From Octopus sinensis (taxonomy: Eukaryota), in the NCBI RefSeq assembly GCF_006345805.1, contig NC_043004.1:98084001-98148000 (forward strand): a DNA stretch of 64,000 nucleotides, written 5' to 3'. How positions within the stretch are numbered: position 1 is the stretch's first letter; each line of letters opens with the position of its first letter. The position numbers and the translations under genes were made by a program. The notes beneath the pieces are model-generated. The model saw only the letters and a program-made list of their open reading frames with translations, was not told the origin of the DNA and made no database searches. Shown here piece after piece: positions 38,481-51,104 of this stretch.

Positions 38481-39702
38481 TGAGGTTGAGTAAAAAATGA
38501 GCAACGTTTTGAACCATGAAGGATTTGTACCGGATTTTTACAGAGTTTTGAATTTTTTAAACATTATTTTGCAATTGTCTGAAAGTACAGACATATACTT
38601 GCCCAAATGCATCAATAAATTAACATTGATATTTTTTTCACCCTTACAATCGTCTGAAATGGAATTTTCCTATTCAACTTCAAAAAAGGACGTAAAGCAA
38701 CTGAAACTTCTCGCGATATCAACGAAACGTTTGATGAGGAAATGACCAATGAGTGGTCAGCTCGAAAATGGTTTAAACGATTTCGTACTGGAGACCTGAG
38801 TCTTAAAGATTGTGAGTGTAGTGGATGTCCATCTGTCATCGATGACCGTCATGGAGAAAGACTACGTAAAACCACTCGAGAACTGGCAAAATATGTTCAA
38901 CTTAGCCAGAAAAACTGCCTGAAACCATTGGCATGCGATCGGAAAATAAAATTAAAATGGCTCGACAAATGAGTACTACACGAATTGCATGAAAATCAGA
39001 AAATGCGCAGGTAAAAAATTTATTCGTCGCTTCTTCACCGTAACCAGACCCTACCCATTTCTCAACTGTGTTGTAACTTGCGATGAAAAGTGAATTCTGT
39101 ACAATAATAATAAAAAAAACGTTCTTAGCAGTGGTTGGACCAAAATGAAGCACCGAAAACTTTCCCAAAAATCCGAGCTCTTGAGAAAGAAGGTTATGGT
39201 GACTGTTTGGTGGTGCACTGCTGGACTCATCCACTATAACCTTTTTCAAACCCAGAAAAACCAGTACGGTAGAAAGATAATGCCATGACATTACCAAAAT
39301 GAATTGCTACTCCTCCGTCCTAGACTGGTCAACAAAAAAGGGCCAATCATTCTTCATGAAAATGCGCGACGACACGTTTCACTAACGACGCTCCAGAAGT
39401 TGAGGGAACTTGGCAACGAAGTTCTTCGCCACCCAGCTTATTCCCCAGACCTTTCTCCTACCGACTATCACTTTTCCAGCATCTTGATGGTTTCCTAGGA
39501 GAGAAGGAGTTCAGAAATCAAACCAATGCTGAAAGTGCGTTCAAAGAGTTCATCGAGTTCAGAACTCCAGATTTTTATGTTACCAGAATAAAGAAACTGT
39601 AACTCGTTGGCAAAAATGCGCTGAATAAAATTTCCGCATTGTTGAAATGTATTGTGATGAATTTCATGTTTCAAAACATTGCTTGCATTTTACTCAGCCT
39701 GG
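38481..39702 (+). mobile_element. Mariner element (Hsmar1/cecropia-like), full length (1222 bp), decayed
   Basis: TA TSD at 38479-80 and 39703-04, with ~30-bp imperfect TIRs. Motifs: ARKWFKRFRTGDLSL, *VLHEL (WVPHEL), TCDEK, KVMVTVWW, HENAR (HDNA) and HPAYSPDLSPTDYHF. Multiple frameshifts. Confidence 0.9.
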
Positions 39703-40082
39703 TAAATATATGATCTGGTTTGAGATAGCTTAGTTTTAAGCAGATTAGCTTTTACGCTTATGGTCACGTGTCTGCTTCTTTTATTCGACTGCAGTATTAA
39801 GGGACTGTAACAATGAATGATTTTAGACGACCATATCAGACCTAGTACTTATCTTTAGGTCTAGCGCACATTTTATTAGTCTGATTTTTCGAACCACTAG
39901 GTCACAGGACATAATCACAAAGAACTGGTTTTAAGTGATATCACTTTTATAAAAGGGAGTTCAAGAGAAACACACGTAATTACACGCATGTAGATACACA
40001 GGTAGATGAGACTCATAGCTATAGACACAGAAATTTGAACTCTATTTAGAAATACCTTTAGAAAATTGCCCAACATTATATC

Positions 40083-40520
40083 TACTCTTTTACCCTTTTC
40101 TTTGATTCTTTTACTTGTTTCAGTCATTTGACAGTGGCCATGCTGGAGCACCCACTTTAGTCGAGAAAATCGACCCCAGGACTTATTCTTTGTAAGCCTA
40201 GTACTTATTCTATCGGTCTCTTTTGCCGAACCGCTAGGTTACGGGGGCGTAAACACACCAGCATGGGTTGTCAAGTGATATTGGTAGGGGGACAAACACC
40301 GAAACACAAACGCATGCACACACATACATACACATATATACATATATATACATATATATACTTATATACGACGGGCTTCTTTCAGTTTCCGTCTACTAAA
40401 TCCACTCACAAGGCTTTGGTCGGCTCGAGGCTATAGTAGAAGACACTTTGCCCAAGGTTCCACGCAGTGGGACTGAACTCGGAACCATGTGGTTCATATG
40501 TAAGCTACTTACCACACATC
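40083..40520 (-). mobile_element. SINE family A
   Basis: Colinear with other family A copies. Confidence 0.9.
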
Positions 40521-40731
40521 GAACGCCTATATATCTTAGTATATTTAAAATATCAGCAAATGAACAAATTTTCTTAAATAATACTTTATTTAGGATGACG
40601 TTGTGGAGTTCTGCAGTTTCAAGAATGACAAGTAAGGTTACTTCTATTAGTCCCATAAACAGATTAGTCAACATTGTAGAATTCACTCCTAAAAAAAATT
40701 TACTAACAGAGTTAATACTTAATGCTTCATT

Positions 40732-41138
40732 AGTGGCTGTGTGGTAAGTTGTTTGCTTACGAACCATATGATTCAGGGTTCAGTTCCACTGCGTGATACC
40801 TTGGGCAAGGTGTCTTCTGCTATAGCCTCGGGCCGACCAAAGCCTTGTGAGTGGATTTGGTAGACGGAAACTGAAAGAAGCCTGTCATATATATGTATAT
40901 GTATATATATATATCTGTGTTTGTGTGTCTGCGTTTGTCCCCCAATTTCGCTTAACAACCGATGCTGGTGAGTTTACATCCCCGTAACCTAGCGGTTCAG
41001 CAAAGAGAGACCGATAGAATAAGTACTGGGCTTACAAAGAATAATTCCTGGGGTCGATTTGCTCGACTAAAAGGCGGTGCTCCAGCATGGCCGCAGTCAA
41101 ATGACTGAAACAAGTAAAAGAGTAAAAGAGTGAAAGAG
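40732..41138 (+). mobile_element. SINE family A
   Basis: Colinear with other copies; head to head with 40083-40520. Confidence 0.9.
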
Positions 41139-41581
41139 ATTTACATACTTAACTACCCTTCAAATAGAACAGTGTGACACATATTCTACTGGTGATAAAT
41201 CCAAGGGAATTACCGGAAACTAAAGCTGCATTGGCACGTATAACGGCACTAGCCTTTCGCGCTTTCACTTAGATGTTGAAAGACTACCCAAGAAAGTATT
41301 CCATGAATGCAAAAGCTAAACTGCTTATCTGGTAAAAATAACAGTGGTGAGATTGCACACAACAACAAAACATAAAAACTGCATATTAAAAAAATGATTC
41401 AACACGCACAACATCATTTTCTGCATATTACTAGGACTTAGATAAATAGATAGATAGACAGACAGACAGACAGATAGATAGATAGTTAGATAAATAGATA
41501 GATAGATAGTTAGATAAATAGGTAGATAGATAGTTAGATAAATAGGTAGATAGATAGATAAATAGATAGATAAATAGATAG

Positions 41582-41677
<96 letters not shown>

Positions 41678-42114
41678 GCGCGAATGCCTGTATATATAAT
41701 ATAATGTATTATATATTATATTATTGTGATTACTTAAATGAAGATACTTCGTTTCTGTGCTATTCTGTGTAGATTTCCTTTGTGTAAAACATATTTAGTA
41801 TAATTCACAGGAAAAAAAAATGAATGTATGAGTCATATATGTAGAGGCAGGTAATAAATTTACATCTGTGTGTGTGTGTACGTGTGTGTGTACATATATA
41901 GGTAAATGTAAAGTTATGCAATAAATCTAAAATGTTATGTATATTTTATATATAGATATAAGTATGTATATATATATATATATATAATTCGTTTATAAAT
42001 TTAACCTTTAAAGGTATTTTTTAATATGCTGGCCATTGATAAAATTTTTTGGGAAAAGAATCTTTTTCGAAAAAAATTTTATCCTACATTAGATATATAT
42101 ATATATATGCATAC

Positions 42115-42265
42115 ATACGCGGCTGTGTGGTAAGAAGCTTGATTCAAGGTTCAATCACACTGCATGGCACCTTGGACAAGTGTATTCTAAAATAGTCTCG
42201 AGCTGACCAAAGCCTGGATAGATTTGGTAGATTAAAAACTGAAGGAAGACCGTCGTATATATATA
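42115..42265 (+). mobile_element. SINE family A, decayed 5' half
   Basis: GGCTGTGTGGTAAGAAGCTTG...CACCTTGGACAAGTG...CGTCGTATATA; abuts the truncated Tc1. Confidence 0.7.
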
Positions 42266-43351
42266 ATTTTTCCCATTCTTCTTGTTAAATTTTCTTCAAA
42301 TCTCCAATGTACGCTGGGGCTTTTGAATGAATTTTAATTTTCAAATTATGCCACAAATTTTCAATGGGGTTCAAGTAAGGTGACTGGCGTGGCTATTCTA
42401 ATAATTTTCTATTGTAATCGACAATCTACTTTTTGGTAGACTTCGCCGTGTGCTTCGGATCGTTATCTTGTTGTAAAACCCACCCTTGAGCTTTTCTTGA
42501 GAGTCCCATAAATTATTGTTCAAAATATTTTGGTACATCTCTGCATTCATTCTACCATCTATCACATGTAAATTGCCATTACCATTTGCAGAGAAACACC
42601 CCCCACACCATGATGTTGCCACCTCCAAACTTTACAGTAGGAATTGTGTTTTTCGGCGAATAGCGGTACCATCTTTCTTCTGAACATGGCTACGCGAATT
42701 TCGTCCAAACAATTCAATTTTCGAACATTTTCCCAGAATGTATCAGATTTATCTTTATGTTCATAAACACATTTTAAATAGGCATCTCTATGCCTTTTAG
42801 TCAACAGCGGAGATTTTCTAGGAGAGCGTGATTTCAGTTCATTCCTATGGAGTTCGTTGCTGATTGTTCGTAGTGTAACACTAGTCCCTGAAGCTAACAA
42901 ATCTTCTTGCAACTCCTTTCTGGGGATCATTGCGTTTTTTCCGATTCTTCGCTCCATTTTTCTTAAAGATCAAGGGGAAATCTTGCGTGGTGCACCGGAT
43001 CTTATTCTATTTTTAACAGTTCCCGATGTTTTTATATCTTTGAATAAGTGAAGATATGGTTGAAAATGGAATACAAAAGGTCTCTATTTTCCTGTAACTT
43101 TTACCAGCTTTCCACTGTTCAATAATTAAGTTTTTCATTGAATTTGTGAGTTCTTTACTTTTCGCCATTATAACGATACTACTTTATGTTGTCTCAATGC
43201 TGAATGAAGAAGCTAATGTTTTGACACTTAAAAATGACAACTGATCAGATTATTGAAACAAACGAGAAAGTTGTAGTAAAAAATTATTTTAACAGTATTT
43301 TGTGGCATAGAAAATCATAAATTTATTCTGCACGAATACTTGTTTCACCCC
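42266..43351 (-). mobile_element. Tc1 (DD34E-type) transposon, 3'-truncated, decayed
   Basis: ATG at 43168 gives MAKSKELT..GKSYRKI, then [30 protein letters not shown]-like and QSPYLNPIENLW motifs, ending at EEWEK. The 3' TIR is absent. Confidence 0.85.
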
Positions 43352-43538
43352 TAAATATTTATAATTGTATATAAATTCATTAGTTACTATAATTTATTAG
43401 TTTCTTTTGCATATATTTAGTTTATGCATGTGAATGCATATATAGTATTGGTATATTCCATTTATGTTCATTAGAAATTAAATAAATAAAAAAAATTGAC
43501 GTGTACCAATATATATTTCCACCAGTGTAGAACTGAAG

Positions 43539-43775
43539 TAGGCGGCGAGCTGACAGAAACGTTAGCACGTCAGGCGAAATGCTTAGCAGTATTTCGTCTG
43601 TCTTTACGTTCTGAGTTCAAATTCCGCCGAGGTCGACTTTGCCTTCCATCCTTTCGGAGTCGATAAATTAAATACCAGTTACGCACTGGAGTCGATGTAA
43701 TCGACTTAATCCCTTTGTCTATCTTTGTTTGTCCCCTCTATGTTTAACCCCTTGTGGGCAATAAAGAAATAAGAA
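43539..43775 (+). mobile_element. SINE family B, full length
   Basis: Colinear with 34220-34450. Confidence 0.85.
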
Positions 43776-43854
43776 ACAGGACTGAAGCATCCTTTCAATC
43801 ACATCTGGAGTTACCTAATTATGCGTTAGCCACTGCATGGTACAGCCACGGTGT

Positions 43855-44243
43855 GGATGGAAGCACTCCGTCGGTTACGACGACGAGGGTTGCGGTTGAT
43901 CCGAATGAACGGAACAGCCTGCTCGTGAAATTAACGTGTAAGTGGTTGAGCACTCCACAGACACGTGTACCCTTAACGTAGTTCTCGGGGATATTCAGCG
44001 TGACACAGAGAGTGACAAGGCCAGCCCTTTGAAATACAGGTACAACAGAAACAGGAAGTAAGAGTGAGAGAAAGTTGTGGTGAAAGAGTGCAGCAGGGAT
44101 CACCACCATTCCCTGCCGGAGCATCGTGGAGCTTTAGGTGTTTTCGCTCAATAAACACGCACAACGCCCGGTCTGGGAATCGAAGCCGCGATCCTATGAC
44201 CGCGAGTCTGCTGCCCTAACCACTGGGCCATTGCGCCTTCACG
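43855..44243 (-). mobile_element. SINE family C, tail type 3, with 13-bp TSD
   Basis: TSD ACAGCCACGGTGT at 43842-43854 and 44244-44256. Same head and core as 18386 and 24523; tail shared with 60848-61246. Confidence 0.92.
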
Positions 44244-45879
44244 ACAGCCACGGTGTAAATAACTACGGTCGTGAATCAACATACGAAGAGCTTACCAAGA
44301 GGCTGAACACTAACACTACTACGATTGCCACAGCCACCACCAAGAAAAACTAGCAACAACAACAACACGTTCACATCTTATACACAGCCGAGAGAAAATT
44401 TATTGTCAAAGGTTGATACTTAAATATCTAAATCCCACAGTATGGCATATGTGTTTGATTCAATCTCCACTTCCCAGCAATTCTTCCTTTCAATACTCAT
44501 TATTTTAGCCTCGCCATATCACTTCACTTCCTAACATCTTTTACAATTTATTGCTTCCAAATTCAGTAAATTCTCTCCTAAAAGATATTTCCTTTGTTTA
44601 CTTCTTTTTAAATTATATTTTTGTATGTTTTTTGTATGAACATTTTTATGTGTATTCTGCTTTTATTTATTTCTTTGTTACTTAGATTCACTTTAGTTTT
44701 GTTATATTTTGTATTAAATTCCACCCCATCTCTGCCTTCTCTACCATTCTCCCATTCTCTCCATTTCTCTTCCTCCCCTCACTCTCCCTCTATGTATTTG
44801 TGTGTCTGTATATATGTGGCTAGGTGTATGGCAGTCTGGTGGTGCGAGTTTATAAAATATTTTTGTTTGTTCTTTTTATACATTTTTGCAACATTTATTT
44901 GCTATAATTTTTGTTCAAGATTTATTTTATTGAAAGAAATGAGGCAGTAGGTGGTGGGGTGTCACAAAATTTAATATCTTTGGTGTTTGTTTCAAATATT
45001 GGTAACAGAATCTCTATGAGCTTCGTAGTGGCCATCATGGTGGTGAGGTTGATAGTGGTGGTAATGAAGGAGACGGCTCTGATGGCGTATATAAATCTAT
45101 GAGTGTGTGTGCTTTCAATCTCCATCTATGTTGGGTTGGGATGACCGTATGGGTCTGTTTGATGTGTATGTAGATATATGACAGTATAGATATGACAATG
45201 AGGGAGGGAGAGAGGGAGTTTGAGAGGAGCAGTATACGGTAGTGAAAGGAAAAATGAAAAACAGGGAGTGATGTGAGCATATGTGTAGATAAGATACATA
45301 TCAATTTATTTATAAAGACGTGTGTAAGCATGCACACACGCACACACACACATGAACTGAAGGGCTCAAAATACCAGTAAGCCGTGTTTTGTATTTCCAC
45401 TCTTTCTATTCACTATCTCAGCTTGTTATCACTTAAAGCACAGGATATGAGAGATACTGAGGAATGCTTCTCTCAAATCTTTTAAAGAATATTCAAGTGA
45501 GCAATATTTATAAAACTGGTTGCCTCAAGATCACTTTTTCAATCTTCTTCCTAGTTGATGTTGTAATACAAAAATTATACAAATATCTTCACACATTTAA
45601 TCCTACATGCAGAAGCGAACATCATACAAGCGTGTAAATCAATTCTTCTCGTATGAAATTTTTTTGTAGTAGCTGTTTAAATAATTTGTTTGAAAAGTTT
45701 CATCTGTAGATAATTTTCACAGGTTGGTACGTTTTCAAAACTGTATGGTTTCATGAAAATTTGGTTTCGTTCAAGCCATTTGTGTATGGGCACATAATTC
45801 TGTATTTTCTCGTTCAATCAAAATCACATCGTATTTTGATTTGAAATGACCATTCCTATAGTCTTGAGCCTTATACACA

Positions 45880-46900
45880 ATCCAATAAGTAATTTTAATT
45901 CATGAAAACATCTCATATAAGAATGATATAACATTCAATCAGGTTTGATAATTCAATGGGTTTGCCTAAAATATAGATTTTGAATGTCAATTCAGTTGCT
46001 GCGATATACATCTTTGATTCATTACAGTTAGTGTTTTCGACTTTGGCAGTTTATATACTGGCTGTTACATTGCTACGCAGTTATCATCTAGTGCATAATT
46101 ATTTACCGATTCTAAAGTTGTATGATTAGAAATTGGTTAGTTGCTTCACTATCTGTCTCATACAGCCGTGCAACATAATAGCATCTGATTTAAAACGAAA
46201 ATAACTAATCATATCATAGTTCCAATTCAATACCTTTTCGTGTTTATGCCTCAACGGAAAATGGTGAGTTATCAAATCAAAAAATTCAATAGCTGTATTA
46301 ATTCTTAATTCTAAATTAAATACTATGATATACGATAAAAATCATCAATTTCCCATATCTTTTATTTGTCCAGTACATTTATCTCCCAAAGCTTTTATAT
46401 GTTCTGTCTAATCAGAGAATTCACTGTTTCTAAGAATTTAATCATGATACCACGTTACATCTAAAAAGCTTCTTCTTCAAAATGTATGGAAAATACCTGG
46501 TCAATAAAAATATTGACAATTCTCAAGATGCTGCACGAATGACTTGATTGCCTATGTATGTGAACTATTTGCACATTCGGTTTGTGATATGGCCACAAAC
46601 TATGGTTATCTGGTCTCACGTTTTCCTCTGGAAAACTATCGATGATATTATTGATATCTACTGTAATAGTAAGCCGTCGTTCACAAAATAATTAGTCAAA
46701 TCCTCCCTAAATCGACTCAAATACGATCGCAAATTATTCTCCATAAAAGCACGCCACTGTCATCATGTATATATAAAATCTATTTTAGGGAATTTCTTTT
46801 CAATAAATATCGAATAAATATCTTCATAAATCATATTCATCTGAGCATCGTGATATGATTTCCTAGATATATATTACAAACTCAAAACGATGACCTGATA
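45880..46900 (-). pseudogene. Decayed Penelope-like element: RT C-terminus plus GIY-YIG endonuclease
   Basis: Minus translation gives YIHDDSG (YRDDG equivalent), NDGL..TVDINN, WPYHKPN (PYRKPN), then ALDDNC..PVYK..KMYIAATELTFK (GIY-YIG CPLxGxC..VY..YIGxTE.TFK pattern). Many stops. Confidence 0.6.
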
Positions 46901-47210
46901 CTATGTCAAGCAATTGTAAGGGTGGAAATACTTTTAAAAAAAGAGTTCTTTGCGGATTCATTGTTATTTAATATAATATAAAATTAAATAAGTGGGAGGA
47001 TATTTCGATGCATTTCTCTTAGAATACACATTTGACATTAACATATATATATATAACATTCAACTGTGTATCCCACACATTCTTATATTTCATGTCCGGT
47101 GATGTGAATGTGTATTTGCATAAGTATGAGTGTGTGTTGTGTATGTATATATGTATGTATGTATGTATATATATATCTATATGTATACATATATTGGGTG
47201 TACGTGTGTT

Positions 47211-47269
<59 letters not shown>

Positions 47270-47374
47270 GTATGCATTGTCGAACCTGGTGGTGTTTGAT
47301 CTCAGAACCCCAAAACGGACAAAATGATGCTAATTTGGTACAGTATGCTAACGAGTTTGCTAGCTCATCGTTTG

Positions 47375-47436
47375 ATAATAATGATAATAATAATAATAAT
47401 AATAATAATAATATAATAATAATAATAATAATAATA

Positions 47437-47480
<44 letters not shown>

Positions 47481-47483
47481 AAT
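47375..47483. repeat. Compound (TAA)n/(TGA)n microsatellite
   Basis: Directly visible. Confidence 0.95.
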
Positions 47484-47993
47484 AATTGATAGGGTTTTTT
47501 CTAAGGATGTGGGCAGTACTTGTTAGCACAATCTTTTGGATTTCCTTGAGACATGGTTCCCCAGGGATATTGTCTAGATGTTTCTGACATCCCTTTTTTA
47601 TCATACCTAGGGCACCTACAATAACAGGAACAGTTTTTGTTTTAAGATTCCACATCTTTTGTATTTCGATTTCCAGGTCCTTATATTTACTAAGTTTGTC
47701 AAATTCTTTTACAAATATATTTTTATCAGTGGGGACGCTTACCTCTATTAGTCTGCAGGTATTTTCTTCCCAGTCTTTAACAATTATGTCTGGTCGATTA
47801 GCCTTGATCGTTCTGTCAGTGTTGACTGGAAAATCCCAGAGGATGGTGACATTTTTTATCTTCAAAAACTGGCTGAGGATGGTGTTCATACCAGTTAGCA
47901 GGACTGCCGAATTTGTAGTGTTTACATATCTTCCAATGTATATACTGTCCTACCCTATCGTGGCGATTTTAGTATTCGTTTGGTGTCAGCACA
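47484..47993 (-). mobile_element. 5'-truncated R4/Dong-like non-LTR retrotransposon (RLE domain) in (TAA)n
   Basis: EY*NRHDRVGQYIHWKICKHY..WYEHHPQP, then ILWDFPVNTDRTIKANRPDII..LIEVSVP..KLSKYKDL..VPVIVGALG..TAHILRK: a PD-(D/E)xK-type RLE. Flanked on both sides by TAA-type repeats. Confidence 0.9.
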
Positions 47994-48025
47994 ATATCAT
48001 TATTATTATTATTATTATTATTATT

Positions 48026-48579
48026 GAGTGAGAGAGCAGTGCATGCCATCAAAGTGACACTGGGGTAAAATATACGAAGCCCAATATACCCATCATGACT
48101 ACCCGTCTGATAAGGGTACACCAGGCACATGCATCACAACAATATGTGCGCGACATGGTGATCTCATATCAAGATAAACAGCACATGACCTTGCAGGTGG
48201 GGCCCAGTTAGAGTTTTCTTCAGGTTGAGTAGCCCATCCCGCTCAAAAGGTCCCTGAATAAGGGTTGTTTAAGGATGTTGAAAGAACCACCCATGTTTCC
48301 AGAGGTGAATTATTCAAACCCCAAAGAATCCCTCTCAACACATGGCTATGATGCTCCCCCACTACTTCTGCTCGTGATCAGAGATGCACATATCGTCAGC
48401 CACTAAGGGACATGCTCAACTGGTTAAGGTCAAACAACTGACAAGCAAATCTGTGGTATTGAGCAGAATATTTGCTGTAGCTCGTCTTTTATACCAAGAC
48501 AAAACAATGTACATGATAACACTTCCAATCAGTTAAGATCAGAAGCCATGAGAGCCACTGCCTGGTACTGCATCAGGGC

Positions 48580-48584
<5 letters not shown>
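48026..48584. mobile_element. 559-bp non-coding element embedded in (TAA)n; unclassified
   Basis: Complex sequence bounded sharply by (ATT)n at 47999-48025 and 48585 onward; no long ORF. Mobile origin is inferred from these boundaries. Confidence 0.5.
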
Positions 48585-48658
<74 letters not shown>

Positions 48659-48810
48659 ATTATTATTATTAATATTATTATTGTTGTTGTTGTTATTATT
48701 ATTATTATTATTCTAATTATTTTATTATTATTAATAATAATATTTTTATTATTATTACCAGTCGTAGTAGTAGTAGTAGTAGGAGGAGGAGGAGGAGGAG
48801 GGGGAGGAGT
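48585..48810. repeat. Compound (ATT)n-(GTA)n-(GGA)n microsatellite
   Basis: Directly visible. Confidence 0.95.
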
Positions 48811-49384
48811 AATGGGTTACTGAATTCATTAGTACAACCTGATCGCGAGCAAACATAAAATTCCATGTGAAATCAAGTCGAAATATAAGCTGCTAACAAG
48901 TGTAATCATAGTAAGCATTCAGGAAAAGGATACACCAACGTGACGTATGTGACAGAACATACTAAGAGATCCACAAGGGAAATTTACCATCAAAGCAAAG
49001 AATGATTATTTTAGTAAATTATTTTAATTGATGGTACTTGTTTTTCATTTCGCTGATGTTTACAAAAAAATGCTTTTATATTATGTGAAGCTAAAATGTC
49101 TCTTCGTATGAAAGGCTTTTTCTTTCTGTTGGCAATAATTACTTTTCGTATGTGACTCATATTGCCTACGTTATTCTTCGTTATTCAATGGTATAAGAAT
49201 GCGACGAGGCGATCTCTGCAAAATAAGTACGTTTTATTACATTAAAAACTTTATGCTCTCTGATTAATAGTTATTAACATAAGACTAATCTACGACTTCA
49301 GCAGCATAAAAGTAATGATACATTACATTACGTATCGAGTAAGCTTTCCTTATGTTCATTATTGACTATATCTATCTACCTATA

Positions 49385-49474
<90 letters not shown>

Positions 49475-49571
49475 ACTTTCTACCTACATATCTATCACTT
49501 TCTCCCTCTCTCTATTATATATATTTATATGTATTAATATATACATATAATTATATATGTATACATGTTTG

Positions 49572-49614
<43 letters not shown>

Positions 49615-49721
49615 ACATAATTATATATGTGTATGTTTCTATATATATATGTACATATATACATATCAATATATGCACATAATTATGTATGTATATATTT
49701 GTGTGTATATATATACTATAT

Positions 49722-49752
<31 letters not shown>

Positions 49753-50092
49753 TGCATGTATATATGTATGTATAAGTATATCAATACAGACGGTTGTAAA
49801 TTTTTTTGCTATTATTTATTCACCATAACATATGTTTCATTTGATAATAGGAATTACAAATTTGTACTCTTAGGATAAAAAAGAAAAAAACATCTCATTA
49901 TAGCTTCTCCAGACAGAGGATCAAATAATATATATTTTTGTGTGTTTGTGGGTGGGTTTGATAGATAGATAGAAATGTAGAATGATACATAAATGCATAT
50001 ATGTATATATATGTGTGTGTGCATATATATGTGTGTGTATATATATACATATATATATATATGTGTATATATATGTATATATATAAACATAC

Positions 50093-50127
<35 letters not shown>

Positions 50128-50196
50128 TATAAATATAATTATTTTTTTCTCTGGTTTCAGCTCAGAGCTGCGGCCATACTGATGCACCGCCGTTAA

Positions 50197-50243
<47 letters not shown>

Positions 50244-51104
50244 CTTACATACATATATAAACATACTTACATACATACATATACACGTAAATATATTGTT
50301 TTTCACGCTGCGTGCAAATATATTAAACCTCGTATCTATAGATGACCTCATTGTTCTCTAGAAGATATCCTAAAAGAACTCCCGATGAAATACAATGACA
50401 AAAGAGAAGAACAGCAAAACATTAAATAAACAGTTAAAATAAATAGCAGATGTAATGATAAAGGACAAACAAGTAGTTATTTCTACATTATTTTCTATCT
50501 AACCTCAGAGATCAATCGATATCGGTCTTGGTAGACATTCTGACACTTCAAGACATTATGAAAGATTGATGACAGACTTATTGATGAGTGAAAGTCAATT
50601 CAGAAGCAGCCATATCTGTTTCAAATGAGATGTTATATAATATATGCACATAAACACATTTATACACACGCAAAAACATATACGTAAACATACGAATTTG
50701 CGTGTGTATATATACCAGATTATCTAGATCTATGCATTGATATATATATATATGAGTGTGTCTGTTTGTGTGTGTATATATATATATCAACATACACACA
50801 CACAAGTATATACATACATACATATATAGTATATAAACACAAATGTGTATATAGTCATATATATATACGTCTTCATATATATATGTGTATGTATATATAC
50901 GTATATATGCATGTATACAGACACACACATATATATATGTGTGTGTGTATACATGTATATGTATATATATATATATACATATGCATGTATATGTATATGT
51001 ACATATATACATGCACACATATATTTGAAATAAACAAAATGGATGATTAATCTTAAAATTATTGACCTTAGACTAGAAAGACAGTATAATAGTATAATTA
51101 ATGA

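Noticed and set aside
47365-47889. 174-aa ORF as a functional nuclease gene
   Set aside because: It is a 5'-truncated retrotransposon fragment with an upstream stop and frameshifts, and its C-terminus is microsatellite.
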